Positions 37,724 to 51,924 of a stretch of 64,000 bases of DNA are shown here, piece by piece. The notes beneath the pieces were generated by a model that did not search any database, was not told the DNA's origin, and saw only the letters and a list, made by a program, of their open reading frames with translations. Within the stretch, counting starts at the first letter, position 1; every line of letters starts with the position of its first letter. Made by a program: the position numbers and the translations under genes. The DNA lies in the NCBI RefSeq assembly GCF_000143415.4, contig NW_003314337.1, positions 217,053 through 281,052 of the forward strand. The letters are read 5' to 3'. The stretch comes from Selaginella moellendorffii. Lineage: Eukaryota; Plantae; Lycopodiophyta.

Positions 37724-40700
37724 ACTCCACTATGAGCCCTAGGGTAGGTTAAGTCCCTTACCCTAACATGCCTTAATATACCCTTGAGCCTCCCTTTGAC
37801 CAATGTTGACCACGTAGTCAAAGCTGGCGCCTAACAATTTCCCCCCCCCCCCCCCCCCAACAAAGTCTTTGTCCCAAGGACGAGTTGTACCGGTGATCAC
37901 CCTTTCTGGGGAACTCTGCTCAAGCTCTTGGTCCATTTTCCGCAGCCGTATACATCAAGGAGGCATTGGACCCGTCACTCTGAGATAGTACACCTTTCAA
38001 CTAGCTGACATAAAATACTGGATGAATTTTCACCCCAGTTGGCAGCCGCACCCTATAAGCCGCTTTACCAATGCGCTTCAGCACTTCATATAGACTAGCA
38101 TATCGATAGGAAAGTTTATCACTCTTCTCTGTCCGTAAAGGCACCAAAGTGTTCTGCCGCTCACTTGACAAAAAGATCACGCGTACAAAGACGAGATCAC
38201 CCATCTTATATTCCCGGAATTGGCAATGCTCATTGGTAAACTTCTCCGCTCTATCCTGAGCTGCTTGCAAATCCTGTTTGCACACCATCAGAATCTCATC
38301 AAGTTCTGTGGCCAAATCAGTTGCCTCAGAATCAAGCTTATCTTGAACATCCTTACTCAAATGCAATCCTAACTCCACAGCTGTTCAAGGATGCCTTCCA
38401 AACATGGCAAAGTAAGGATTTAGCTTGGTTCCACTGTGTTGGCTATTATTGTAAGCAAATTGCACCAACGGAAGATATAAATCCCACTGTCCTTGCCTTT
38501 GACCAATGCTACAACGTAGCATATCCTCCACCACCTGATTCACATGCTCAGTTTGCCCATCCGTCTGAGGATGATCTCCACTCGAGAGTTTCAAAGTCAC
38601 TTGCATAGCCTTTGCAAAGCTTTTCCAAAATCCACTAGTGAACTTTGAATCTCGATCACTAATGATGTCCTCTGGCAAACCAAAATCAGGAAAAACCTTC
38701 TCCAAGTAAACCGCAGTCAAGTCTGAGGCAGTGACAGTCTTCCGAAGAGCCAACAACCGCACATACTTCATCAACTGATCCACTATGACCCATATTTGCT
38801 CCTTTTACCTCTATGTTCGTGGCAAAAAGTGATGAAGTCCATAGAGATACTACACCAATGGCTCTAAGGAATAGGTAAAGGTTGCAAAAGTCCCCCCGGC
38901 TTCTCCCGTGGCACCTTAACCTGTTGACAAAGCTCGCATGATTTACAATACTTGAGGATATCAGCCAACTGTGTCAAAGGAAGAGCCACCTCTACAAACT
39001 TATGCTGGAAACGTCGGTAGTAACTAGCCATACCAAGAAAACTGTGCAACTCAGCCATTGTAATCGGTGTAAGCCAGTTTTCCACCACAGCCACCTTCCT
39101 TGGATCTGTCTTGATACCTTTAGATGTCACAATATGGCCTAGATATTCCACCTCCAACTTTGCAAATTCATATTTGCTCTTCTTCGCATAAAGTTTGCTG
39201 TCTCGAAGTAACAAAAGAACCTTGCGCAAATGCACTCTATGCTCCTCCATATTTTTGCTAAAAACAAGAATATCGTCCAAGAAAATCTCCACAAACTCAT
39301 GAAGATAATGCCCAAATACCTCCATCATCAACTGAGTAAATGTGGCAAGTGCATTCGTCAAACCAAATGGCATAACTGTAAACTCAAAATGTCCGAAGTT
39401 TGTGTTGAATGCCGTCTTGGAGATAGATGCATCATCCATTGCAATCTGATGATATCTACTCCTCAGATCAATCTTGGTAACACTCGTGCTTCACCAAGCT
39501 TGTCCAAGATATCATCCACACGTGGCATCGACATTTTATCCTTCACTGTCTTTTTGTTTAAAGCGCGGTAGTCAATACACATCCGCATTGAACCATCTTT
39601 CTTCTTCACAAGCAAGACCGGAGCACCAAATAGAGACTTACTTGGCTGAATAAATCCAAACTCAAGTAACTCCTTGACTTGTTGAACTTCTTGTTCCTCC
39701 GCATAATTTAACCAAAATGGATGTCGATAAATTGGCCACGTCCCCGGCTCTAATGTAATCCCATGCTCCACACCTCGTAATGGAGGCAACCCATGAGGAA
39801 GTTCATGTGGAAAAACATCAGAAAAATTGTCTAGTACATCCCATACTACTGCTTCTCCCCCATACATGCCTTAGTCCCCCAAGTCACGAACAAATAGCAA
39901 GTAACTTGAAAGTGCTTTTCCATTACGACAAGCCCACTTCAAAGATGTAGCAGAGAGCATAACAACTGGTGGTTGAACGCCCTTGCCAAACCACACATCT
40001 TTAATGCCACCATACTCCAGCGAGATATGCTTAATACTCCACTTTATCTCTGGATCCACCTTCACCAACCATGGCATCCCAAGAATGAGATCCACACAAT
40101 GGATATCCGTGAGATAAAAAGTCTTCACAAGTGTGGTTTTGCCAACCAACACTTCCAGCCCCTCGACACAAGCATTGAAATGCTGAGTAGAGGTAGCTGC
40201 ACCTTCCACTGTGTATAGAAGAACGCTGCGTGTGACCAGGACATGCTCCGCAACAAACTTTGCCTAAACAAAGTTGTCATCACTCCCACTATCCAGTAAA
40301 ATCCGCACTGGATCGCCACGGAACACGCCCTCTAGCATTAAAGCTGATTCACGCGTATCCTCGAGCTCCATCTTGTTCCACACACAGTTGAGCTGATGAG
40401 CAACGATCGAAAGTCGCTTCCTCCTACTAAAATGGTCGTTCTCCTCATCCTCACGCTGCAAAGTTTGCAACTTTTTAGTATCTGACTTACCGTGAGAAGA
40501 AGATTGGCCATTCTTCTTGTCCTGCTGCTTGTTCTTCATGTGCGGACAATCAACCTTGTAGTGTCCAAGTTCGCTACAATGATGACAACCCTGTCTATAA
40601 TTCTGCACAAAGAACTTCTGCTTCTTGGACCCCTTTGCATATGAAGTAGTCACCACCGACTTCAACTTGTGATGCTTGTTCCCATTCTTGTGTCCACGGC

Positions 40701-41621
40701 GATCATCACGACGATTCTCGATAGAAGGACTCCGCGAACGCTTGCGAGACTTGTGCTTGTCATTATTAAGTTGACGAGCTACATCAAAGAGCTCCTCCAA
40801 ACTCTTTGTAGGCTGAGAATGACGCAAGTGTTGCCGCATGCTCTCACTAGGTAGGCCATCAATGAAGTAGAACTTGTTCTGATCTGGATCCTTCGTTGGA
40901 ACACGACTAATCAAACAAGTAAGCTTCTCAATATAGTCCTCGAGTGTTATTTTCCCTTGCTAGAAATGTCGAAGTTCTATATAAGCATTCTCCACGTCAT
41001 AATGAGGGGCAAAACGTAAACGGAAAGCAGCCTCAAACTCATCCATGGTAGATACTGGTGGTTTCTTATCGGCAATATGGGACTCCTCAAGCCAATTCCA
41101 CCATCGAAGACCCGCATCACGCAAAACTATCGGAATAGCCACTAAAGCCTTTGCATCTGGAGTTCCTCTAGCAGCCAAGAACTTCTTCACATTGGCTAGC
41201 CAAGCGAGACACTCGTCCACACCACCATCACTGGAAAAAGTTGGAATCTTGAGTCGATCTACCAAAGAAGGCTTACTTGGAGCACTACCCTGTCCAGCCT
41301 CGAGTGCCTCAACACGCCTATGCATGGTATCCATCATGCCATGCATCTCGTCTTGCATCTCTTGCTGATTTTGATTAAGGGCTTGCAGCTCATGAACCAC
41401 ATCTTGAATGGTCCAAATCTCCTTAGCTTCATCGGCACCATCGTCGGCACCACCATCGACAATAGGATTCCAGCGTTCAACTTGGTCGGCCATCGCAACT
41501 AACTTCTCTGATACCAATGTTAGGATCCTATCCCTTACACCCTAAGCCAACTGGCTAAAGGGGTGATCACTTGATTGCAGGGCCCTTTCCTTATCCTATT
41601 ATCCTGACCTGGTGCCTAACA
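37724..41621 (-). mobile_element. Family C Ty3/gypsy element, internally deleted
   Basis: 5' LTR 41518-41621 (TGTTAGG..CCTAACA), PBS tggtatcagag, G-run PPT 37841-37858, 3' LTR starting at 37836; gag CHHCSELGHYKVDC, protease LLDSGS, RT IFLDD, integrase core. Confidence 0.85.
37860..41493 (-). pseudogene. Family C gag-pol with stops, frameshifts and RNase H deletion
   Basis: ORF pieces 40960-41493, 40264-40914, 39871-40209, 39463-39867, 38864-39439, 38385-38783, 38001-38378. Confidence 0.85.
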
Positions 41622-42341
41622 ATGGCACTAGTGGATCTTTCCTAGGCATGATTATAAATGGATCAATCAAGATCATAGAGATTAGTCTATTAGTTAAAGT
41701 AGTCATTGCCGTGCTTTCTCATAAACTTTTCTTATATTGGATTGAAGGCAGTGCGAATGTAAGCTTGAGGTTTGATCAAAGATGAGACCGAAAAAAGAGT
41801 TATCAGGGACAAAGGATCAAATACGTAAATCATTTTCTTTTATTGGAGATATAATTTGTAACAAGGTATTAACTCATTGTTCATGTTCACATTGCAATTG
41901 ACAGTCCCTATCTTGATGCATGTTAGTTATTGTGGTTTTACAGGTGGTTAGTTGTGTGATGGATATTGGTGAAATGCTAAACCATTTTGTCTTAAGTTTC
42001 TTTACAATGCTCAATTCGTTTTAGAAGAGCCTTGCTATTGCTCCTTGAGTTGCTTGGTATTAAATAAGTTTTAAGTTTGGTCAGAAAGAAAGTGGCATAA
42101 ACTTATCCATAAAGGTGACTATTGTGTCTTCCTTTTATAGCATTATGCTTGTGCCACGTTACACTTTACATTTTGTTAGATTATATGAGAGTAGTGAGCT
42201 CTCATTAATCCTAATTTAGTCTTGGTGGCCCTACACTTTCGCTGAATATAGTGATATCCAATTTAGTTGTTTGAGGTTAAGGTGTTAATACCTGAATTAT
42301 AACTTTATCTATGAGGAGGTTGTGTACCAATATAAGTTCAT

Positions 42342-43435
42342 TGTAAGGAATCAACTTCTCGAGGTGTTGTAGGGTAAAGGATCTCTGAAAACATGATTAA
42401 AATGATAAAGAGTTCATTAAATGAGACAAAGTGCGACATCAAGTCCGAGACCAACTCTAAGACTGAGTCTGAGATCGAGTTTGGGACCGACTTTGAGATT
42501 AAGTTCGAGACTGAGTCTAAGACCAAGTTCAAGACTGAGTCTGAGATCCAAGATTGGGTCCGAGACCAAATCTGAGATTAAGTATGAGATTGAGTCTAAG
42601 GTTGAGTTCAAGACCTAGCTCGAAATTGAGTTTGAGACTGAATCCGAATATTAATATAGGTCTTGGGGTGAAAACCCAAAGCGTGTGTTTCCCAAGGAGG
42701 GTTGTAGGAGGTTCCAAAAGTATAGTAGGGATAAGAAGATCCAAGAACCAATTTTGAAAGAATACTTCAATTGTGCTTCCAAACTAACTTGAGGTTGAGA
42801 TTGATGCTTAAGGGCCTTAGGTGGGAGTGAGCATGGATTTGGGTGGTGCTGAAGGGGCCACTTGAAGAAGTGTTCAAGAGCAACTCTCACTTTCAGAAGG
42901 GAAATCAACTGAAGTACTCCCGACTCATGTGAAGTGGTGCCCTATTTGAGTACTTTACAACTTATTTATCCTCACCCTTCTTAAGGGTTTAAGCCTTTCC
43001 TTCGGAATGGTAGTGGGGGAGTAGGGGTACCCATACCGGGCCATTAGGCTATAGTGTTTCCCCCCAATGTTCTGAAGTTGTTGCATCTAAGGCTTGGGAT
43101 TTAGAATGTCCCATAATCAAATTTTGTTATACCAAGGGAGGTTAAGAACTTAGAGGCTTAGTGTGCTTGGTTGCTTGTGCTTATGGGGAGTGTGGCTGAA
43201 CCTTAAGTCCAGTCTAACCCAGGGAGGGGGATTGGGAGACAATTTAGGAATTCGTGGATGGATGGCTAATACTTTATTGTTTATGTAGTGAGTTGTTAAA
43301 ATCAAATAAGACCAAGTAGGAGTTGGCATAATAGGCAGAAACCTTAGCAAAAGAACTTAAGTAAGGCCAAGGCCGTGATGATTGGACAGATAAAGTAAGC
43401 TAGCAAATTGGAAAGGAAAAAATTTATGGCTTACA
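42342..43435 (+). mobile_element. Family D solo LTR
   Basis: TGTAAG...CTTACA; perfect TSD TTCAT; host sequence resumes in register. Confidence 0.9.
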
Positions 43436-43585
43436 TTCATTTCATGGTCTTCATTTTAGTTTTGATTAAATGTTGATCATGCATAACTAGCCTCTTCAAA
43501 GCATGCTCAAAGCTATTAGCTAGACATATTAATGAGTTTATTCCGATTGAGTTGGATTCGAGTGGTCATTTACTTCGTGCTTGTA

Positions 43586-46500
43586 TATAGCACACCTAAA
43601 TTTGGAGCTGAATTCTAAGCCCGTTGCACTCTGAAACGAGGGTTTGGTACAATCCCATGAACACCAGCTCCCCGTATCCAGCACCTATATGCAAAATGGT
43701 GTCAAAGAGTGTTTGGCACAATTTTGGTATACTAGTGGCCTGATGTGAGGAAGAGGGTACCCTACCAACTAAAGCAGCATGGAGCTTGTGCTTAGACCCA
43801 AGCCAAATGCAGAATAAGGAACAACATAGCCCAGTGGAAGCCAAACTAATATCTCAAATGGTTGGATATACATTTTAACTACTATCCCTACTATACATTT
43901 GGAACCCCTATAGCCCCCTCCCCCTTGAGGAACACACACTTTGAGCTTTCACCCCAAGCCTCCTTTAGTACCAGGAGTTAGTCTTTGGGACAAACTCAAA
44001 ACTTATTAAATATGGAATGTCTTTAAATTGCGAATTTAGACACGAGATGAACACCATTGTGTTCAGAACAATCTCTACACTCTATAAATATGCTAAATGA
44101 GTAAATCTAGACATTTTCCATAAATAACATTTGGGATTGAAATGAGACTAACACAAAGGACACAATAGCGAAGGTGTTTGAAAAACACAGTAAGCTATCA
44201 TGTAGCGATATTGAGGGACTAGACTCAATATGTGAGGGGCCAATAGTATCAACCTCTTGCCATCATGGCAATAAGGAGAGAATGCTTATAAGGATTGGCC
44301 GACAAGTATCTTTCGATACCTGAAGTTATATTTATGACACTCTCCCCCCCTTGGGGAAGATCGATGTCCTTGTTGATGCATACTCGAGTTTAGCAAACCG
44401 TCAAGGAAACAACTCTAAAAGTTAATGGAAAGCACACTATGTGGGAAACACACTGACTTAAATGAGTTATGGAACTACCTCCCCTCTACGTCCGAAGACG
44501 TTAAAACTCAAACACCCTTCGACTGTCATTGACAAGTAAATGACTAATGGAGTTAGCCACCCTTGCTGCTCCGAGTACCACTCAGCTTACAAAGGAATGA
44601 TACATCCCTGCCTGCAAGGACATAAGGAGAAAGCTAGAGGCCCAACTTCCTCTGAGCAAGAAATCAACCCCGTTGGGAAAATTTAGACAACTATTATAAA
44701 CTGGTAGATAAGTTGTTTACATGACCATGCCCCTTTGCAAAAATGAGTCATTGAGAGAGAAGCAAGGACTTGTGATCAGTCTATAATAGTGATCCCCATG
44801 GTTATGGATTGAACCCATGCACTGAAGTGCCAAAGTCAGCCTACCAAAACTAACCCAAGTACTAACAAACGAGAGAAACAAAACTAGAAATATATTACTT
44901 TATTGATTTATAAGATTTATTATAAGATTTACAAAAACTTGTTTTTATTACTATTCTCATACTCCATGACAAGTTCATAAGCATATGTAAGATTACTAAG
45001 AGGCTCCCAAGTTAATTCACAAGTTGGGTAACCTTTCCACTTAACTAGATACTCTCGACATTTGGCACATTTAAGCCAGTGTGTATCCAAAATAGCATCC
45101 ACTTTATATTCAGGTTCACTATCCACAACTTCTGGTGATGGACGAATCACCCCTTGCCATGCAATATCCATAGTGTAAGAAACCAATAAATTGGCATGAA
45201 AAAACATTATGAACATTAGATATCTCTGCAGGAAGATCCAACCAATAGGATACATCACCAATTCGTTTCAACACTTGATAGGGTCCAATATATCTTGGTA
45301 ATAGCTTCCACAATAAAGATCCCTTAATGTTCAAGTCTCGAGAAGATAGCCACATTTGATCTCCCACTTGATAGTATACATCCCAACAATGTTGATTCTT
45401 ATCACGTTGATATCTATCCTAAGCTTTGCCCATCGCCTCAATAACTCTAGACCAACCTTGGCATAACTGCTTTGCATAAGTCTTAACAGTTGGGATTAAC
45501 ACTTCGGACATTGGTTTCGATATAACAATCTGTTGAGGCACCCATGAGCATTCCTTTGCAGCATCTCCCATGGAGAACAGCCAATAGTGCTATGAAATGT
45601 GTTGTTATAACATATTTCTACTGTGTCAAAATGCTCAACCCAGTCACATTGGTCTGCCGCGACATAGTATCGCAAATAATCCTCAACTTAAGTATTCACA
45701 CATTTGGTTTGCCCATTAATTTGAGGATGATAAGCTGTACTAAACTTTAATTTGGTACTGAACAATTGGAATAGTGTGCCCCAAAAATTCCTTGTAAATC
45801 TTGAATCTCTATCCAAGATCATCTCTTCGGGAAAACCATGAACCCGCACTACTTCATGGAAAAAGAGCTTTGCTGCTTGTTTTGCATTCATTTTTCCCAC
45901 AGTTGGAATGAAGTGTGCAATCTTTGATAACTTATCCACAACCACCATCAAAGTATCATAACCCTTAGACTTCAGCAAGCAAGTGACGAAATTAAGTATC
46001 ACACTTTGAAATGGCTATATTAGTGCTAGAATGCATTGCAACTTTCCAGTTTGCTTCTCAATTCTATGCTTACATTGCTAGTATATAGGGCAGGAATGGA
46101 CATAGTCCGCTACATCATTTTCTATACCAAACTAGAAAAATCCCTTTTTCAATGAAGCTAGAGTTTTTCGCTTTCCACCTGTCCCGCTGCTAGAACATCA
46201 TAATGTTCTTGCAAAAACAACTGTTGCAGGACCCTTAGAGGGAAGATACAATCTTTCTTATTTATAAAATATAAGCCCATCCTGAACTAAAAAGTTAAGT
46301 TTCGCATTATTTTGACTAGCAACTTTTGCTGCTTCACTACCAGGGTTCTGCTTCAATAACTTTGCATGGAGCAAGATTGCCTTCACCAATAGATCACTTC
46401 CATACAAAGCCCGAACATCCTTCGACTAGTCCAAACTGATTGCTGATATTGCCCAGAACTGAGCTTGACAACTCAATGCATCCGGAACAATATTGTCTTT

Positions 46501-49500
46501 ACCAGGTTTATATATGATTTCAATATCATATCTAGCAAGCTTCTCTTGCCAACAAGCCTACTTCAGCGTAAGCTTTGGCTACGTAGCAAAGTAGCTTAAT
46601 ATGTTACTATTCTTATAAACCTTGATGTGTCCACCCAAGTAGTGTCTCAAGTATTCCAATGTCGACACTATAGCAAACATCTCTTTCTTATATGTTGACC
46701 ATCTTTGTTGGGTTTCATCCAATTTCTTGGAATAGAACGCAACGGGACAACCATGTCACCTTAGCATAACACCAACCACTTTGTCACAATTTTACTGCAA
46801 CATGGCACCAATAGTATAGCTAGATGTATCACAATGCACTTCAAAGGGTTTATCAAGATCTAGGATCCTGAGAATAGAAACCATAGTCAAGATCTCCTTC
46901 AACTGTACAAAAGCATGCTGACAAGCTAGTGTCCAATGAAATGGTATATTACTCTTCGTCAACTCAGTCAATCGAAGAGCAATTCATGCAAAATTGCGGA
47001 CAAACTTGTGATAGTATCCCACTAAACTGAGAAAGGAATGAACATCTGATATAGCGGTTGGGACTTCCCAGGACTTCATTGCTTCCACTTTCTTTGAATC
47101 TACTTCAATTATGCTACCACCAACTATATATCTGAGAAAGTTTATGTGTAATTATCCGAAAGTACATTTACTTTCCTTAATATATAGTTTGTGTTCACGT
47201 AATTTTTGAAACACTAGCTCCAAGTATTTCAAATGATCCTCCAACATTTCACTGAAAACTAATATGTCCAAATAATCTTTGAATATTCTATCCATCATAG
47301 TGCTGAATGTTGCTAAAGCATTGCATAATCCAAATGGCATGACAAGGAACTTATAAGATCTGTACCAAGTCTTAAAGGCTGTCTTCTCCACATCCTGATC
47401 TGCCACCCATATTTAATGATATCCGAACTGCAAATCAAGTCATGTAAAATACTTAGCCTTTAAGAGTTGTTCTAAAAAGTCATCAATGTGAGGCAAACAA
47501 TAATTGTTTTTAACTGTGATCTTGTTGAATGCTTGATAGTTGATACACATCCTCATGATTCCATCCTTTTTCATAACAAAAAGGACCGATGCTACATAAG
47601 GTGACTTGCTTGGTCGGATATAACTTTTGTCAAGAAGCTTTGTGAGTTGTTTCTTGAGTTCAACCATCTCTTTGATGTTTATACAATACAGAGCCTTTGT
47701 AGGTGGTGTAGAACCTAGAATGACCTTAATCCAGTAATCAACCTCATGGCTAGGAGGTAGCCTTGGCGGCAAATCCTTCAGAAAGATATCCTGACTCCTC
47801 ACCAACAACTCCAATATCTTCTTTGGTACAGGATTAACCCTATCGCTGATTCAAATTGAGTCACTAACACCCTCAGCTTCCATTACTTGAACCCAAAAGG
47901 TCTAACATCCTTTTTTAGCTGCTTTTTGAGCGACTCTCACGATTAGGAACTTAGCATCCCAATCTTTTGAGGAATGCTTTTGTAACTGGAAGGACACACC
48001 AGGATGTTCTTCTAAATTCAATATAATATGACTTTATCTAGCACCATAAGTCCCTTTAATATATTTGTTGAAGAAATCCATACCAAACACCATCTAAAAA
48101 TCTATCTTCAACACTACCAAGTCCACTTTTTCTTTCCACTTAGATATTTTCATTGAAACATCACTTACAAATTTTCTAGCTATTTGCCCACCTCCCACAA
48201 ACTAAAAGTGCATGGGCAACATCTATTCAGCATTCAATCCTAATAATTTAACTAAATCTTCGGATATCATGTTGTGCGTATTTTGTGTCAATCATCACTC
48301 GGATTCAGTGTCCACGGACAAAGCCTACTAGATACATTAATGGATCAATGTTTGCATTGACTGCGAGAAAAGCTTGAGGAAAGCAACGAAAATAACTCAC
48401 CTCCTCTTCCTCATAATTTGCATTGACCAACTCGTCAACCCCTTTAACTTCACCACCACCGTCTTCCCTCATGACATTAACACAAAACATTATCTTATGT
48501 TTGGTAGGACATTCCAAAGACCTATGTCCTGACTCTCCATAATAGAAGTGGTGAGCCACACCACTTATTTCACTAGGAGCAAGTTTCACAGGTTGCTACT
48601 GCTTGTACCCACCAAGAGGAAGAACAGAGGGCCTAGGACTAGAAGAAGCTGCTAATGGTCTCCAACCACCACCACCTTTGTTAACTATTGCTTGTGAGCC
48701 TTTAGGGTGGAATTTGCTTTTCACCCTTTGTTTTTAATCACCTTGTTTATTCCCAAAATTCTTATTCTCATCCTAGGTACTAGCATATGGCTGTTGGTAT
48801 TGTTCCATGAGTGAGTGATTAAAGGCAACTTGTTGCACTATCTCCTTACACTCCAAGTATGTCTTTGGCTTAAACTTCAAAATCTCATTGCGAGAAAGTA
48901 AACTTAAACATTCCAAGAAATAACTTCAAGCATTTTCATCACTCATATCTGCAATCATAATGCACTTCTGAGCAAATGCATTAACATAATGCATGAGGTC
49001 TTCTCACTGCTTTAACCGTCACAGCTCTGTGTGAAGTCTCAGACCAAGATCATTCGGCAAGTATTCCTTATGGATACGAGATTGCACCTTGGTCCAACTT
49101 TTAGTTTGCCCTTTTTCAGCACACACCTGGAACCACTAAGTTTTGGTATGATTGGTGAGAAAGGATTGTGCACACATAACTTTCGTACGATCATCTATAT
49201 CTGCCGCTATGAAATAGTTTTCCATATCATAGACCCAGTCTTCCAAAACCTAATAGTCCCACATGCCTCTGAAATTGGGTAGTTTCAGAGGCTTGAACTT
49301 TGAAACTCATACAATTGGAGGTGGTTGCAAAACTTTACCATCCTCAGAACTTGAAGAGGAGTCCAATTGCTTAGGTTTACCTGGTTTAGCCATCTTAGCT
49401 TCTTTCTTCCTCTTCTTGTTCTCCTTCTTCAATTTGCGAACTTCCCTTTACAAATTCTTGATCTCAACTTTTTAAGCTGTACACTATAGTGCTGCAGCAT

Positions 49501-50689
49501 TTGGCTCTTCCTCTTCTAACTTATCCTCAACCTCTTCCGTAACATCTTTAGTAGGAGTTTCCTCCTTTTGATTCGCCCGTCTAAAAGTTTCAATATCATC
49601 AGCATGGTTCCTTTTCACCATCCTGCTAGTTGCATATATGCTTCTATCAGTAATTGAACATGCACACCATGTTCTTCCCAAATAGTGCAATTTAACTAAT
49701 CCAAATTAGATCGCTTTGGATCTACTAGAAAAGTCTCTGCATATATAACTTGAGTTAAAAAATCTGACAAAAGTTGGATAGGAATCGTTGAGACAATTCC
49801 TCTAATACCAAATATAATGCACCTGAACTTGGAGCTAAACTCCAAGTTTGTTGCACTATGAAACAAGGGTCTGGTACAATCCCACCACCACTAGCTCCTT
49901 GTATCTAGCACCTGCACACAAAATTGTGTCAGATGGTGTTTAGCACAATTTTGGCATACCAGTGGCCTAACACAAGGAGGAGGGTACCCCACCGACTAAA
50001 GCAACATGGAGCTTGGGTTTAGACCCAAGCCAAACGCAAAACAAGGAGCGACACAATTTAGCAGAAGCTAAATTAATATCTCAAGTGGTTGGATATGCAT
50101 TCCAACCACTATCCCTATTATACATTTAAAACCCCCATAGCCACCTCTTTTAATACTAGGAGTTAGTCTCTGGGACAAGCTCGAAATTTACTAGATATGG
50201 AATGCCCCTAGATTGCGAATTTGGATATAGGACGAACACCATTGTGTTCAGGACAATCTCTACACTCTGTAAATATGCCAAATAAGCAAATCTAGACACT
50301 TTCCATAAATAGCATTTGGGATTGAAATGAAACTAACACAAAAGGCACAATAGCGAAGGTGTTTGGCAAACATAATAAACTATCATATAACAATATTGAG
50401 GGACTAAATTTAATATGCGAGAGTTCTTACCAAGCTAATGCAAGACAGAGCAAAAGAGAACTAAAAAGCTAGGCCAAGTATGTTTAGCCAAATAGATATT
50501 TAGGAATTTCGTCCTTATGCTCATCTGGCCAAGTACAAATGTTAAGTTTAATTCACTAACACTTGGACAAGACTGGCGAATAAAGGGAACCAACAGTACC
50601 GACCTCCTGCTGTCATAACAATAAAGAGAGAGTGCCCGTAAAGACTGGCCAACAAATATCTTTCGATACCCGAAGTTATATTTGCGACA
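43586..50689 (-). mobile_element. Family A coding chromovirus, older full-length copy
   Basis: 5' LTR 49813-50689, PBS ~49800-49810, PPT 44340-44350, 3' LTR 43586-44339; perfect TSD TTGTA; collinear with 12356-19763. Confidence 0.92.
44929..49621 (-). pseudogene. Decayed family A gag-pol
   Basis: Fragments homologous to 13449-18165, including chromodomain YLVKWKGYPTCELTWEP; many stops from transitions. Confidence 0.9.
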
Positions 50690-51924
50690 TTGTACATGGA
50701 CTTTTATCTTATATCTGGGGTGTTATGTTCATGTTGGATAAGTATATGACTCGATGATATAAGTTTAGTGTTTGAGTCTTGTGAAAGTCAAGTTGAAAAG
50801 TGATTGTTGGTTGTTTTGTGACTAGTGATTGTTTGTAGATTTTATCAAGGACTATTGACACTTGCTTCGCTCAATGAAGATTTATTAGTGATAGGCTTGC
50901 TTTACCAGATGGTGTTACAAAGGATCGTGTTGTTAAATTTACATGGTTTTTTTATGTTAGCAAGTCAACTCTACTTCTGTTGATATCATTTGGTTGTGTT
51001 TAGTCCGTGGTGTTGGATTTCATTGAGTCTTAGACGTTGTGAGATGATGTGTTATTTATAATTGAGTATTGTTGAAGTATTGGTCTCAGATATTGAGTAA
51101 GGTATTTTTTACTTTGGTTAGCTTAGTTGTTAGAAAGCTTTAAGTGGTGATTTGCTCTTGCTTTCTATTAGATTTGTTCTGGTATTAATAGCATTAAAGT
51201 GATGCTTTGTTATTGACATTGTTGATGTTGAGATTCAAGTGAAATAAAATGTCTCTTTGTTGTTATTGATATTCATACATTTACTAGTTAACAACTATAT
51301 TGATGTTCAAATGAACTGATTGGTAAGTTAAGCTAGTTATGTTTTAAATGAGATTGTCTAGTAAAAATTGACTATTGGCTTTTCTTTGAAAAGTGATTTA
51401 ATCATGGGCTATACTAACCTTATAGAAAAAGTTAGTGATTGATATTAGTATATTTGAATCCTTGTTGGATTTGATTTGGAATATATTGATCATTGATGAT
51501 TTTTTTTTTTTTTTGTTATAAAGTGAGTTACGTCTTGCTATAGATGGATTCATGACGGATCATTTAGTGATCATGCTTGGTTTTTGGATTAATGCAAATA
51601 TGTTCTTCATTAATTTTGGCATTATAAAGCTTATAGATATGTTGAGGAGGATATTATGGATTATACCAATTAGGCAAGACTTGGTTTTAGGCTTCTTTAA
51701 AATTTTTGTTCTTTTAAGTTTTATGCTCATTATTTCATTTATTAGAAGTTGTTGAGGAAGACATTTTAGTTCATTAGTTTTAATGTTAAAATTAATTTTT
51801 ACATCTCATAATCATTGGTGATGATTAACTATTATCTAGGATAATTAATTATCCATATCAAAGGTTTTGCTTAATTATTATTAATGTAAAATAATTTGCC
51901 ATTCTTCGAGATAATGAATTCTTG

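Larger units (their letters stand above)
35724..51923 (+). mobile_element. Older copy of the non-coding family A element (no 3' LTR), host of at least four insertions
   Basis: 5' LTR ~35724-36898 plus PBS; segments 36899-37391, 41622-42341, 43436-43585 and 50690-51923 are collinear with 10721-11630 and ~20150-21910. Confidence 0.85.
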
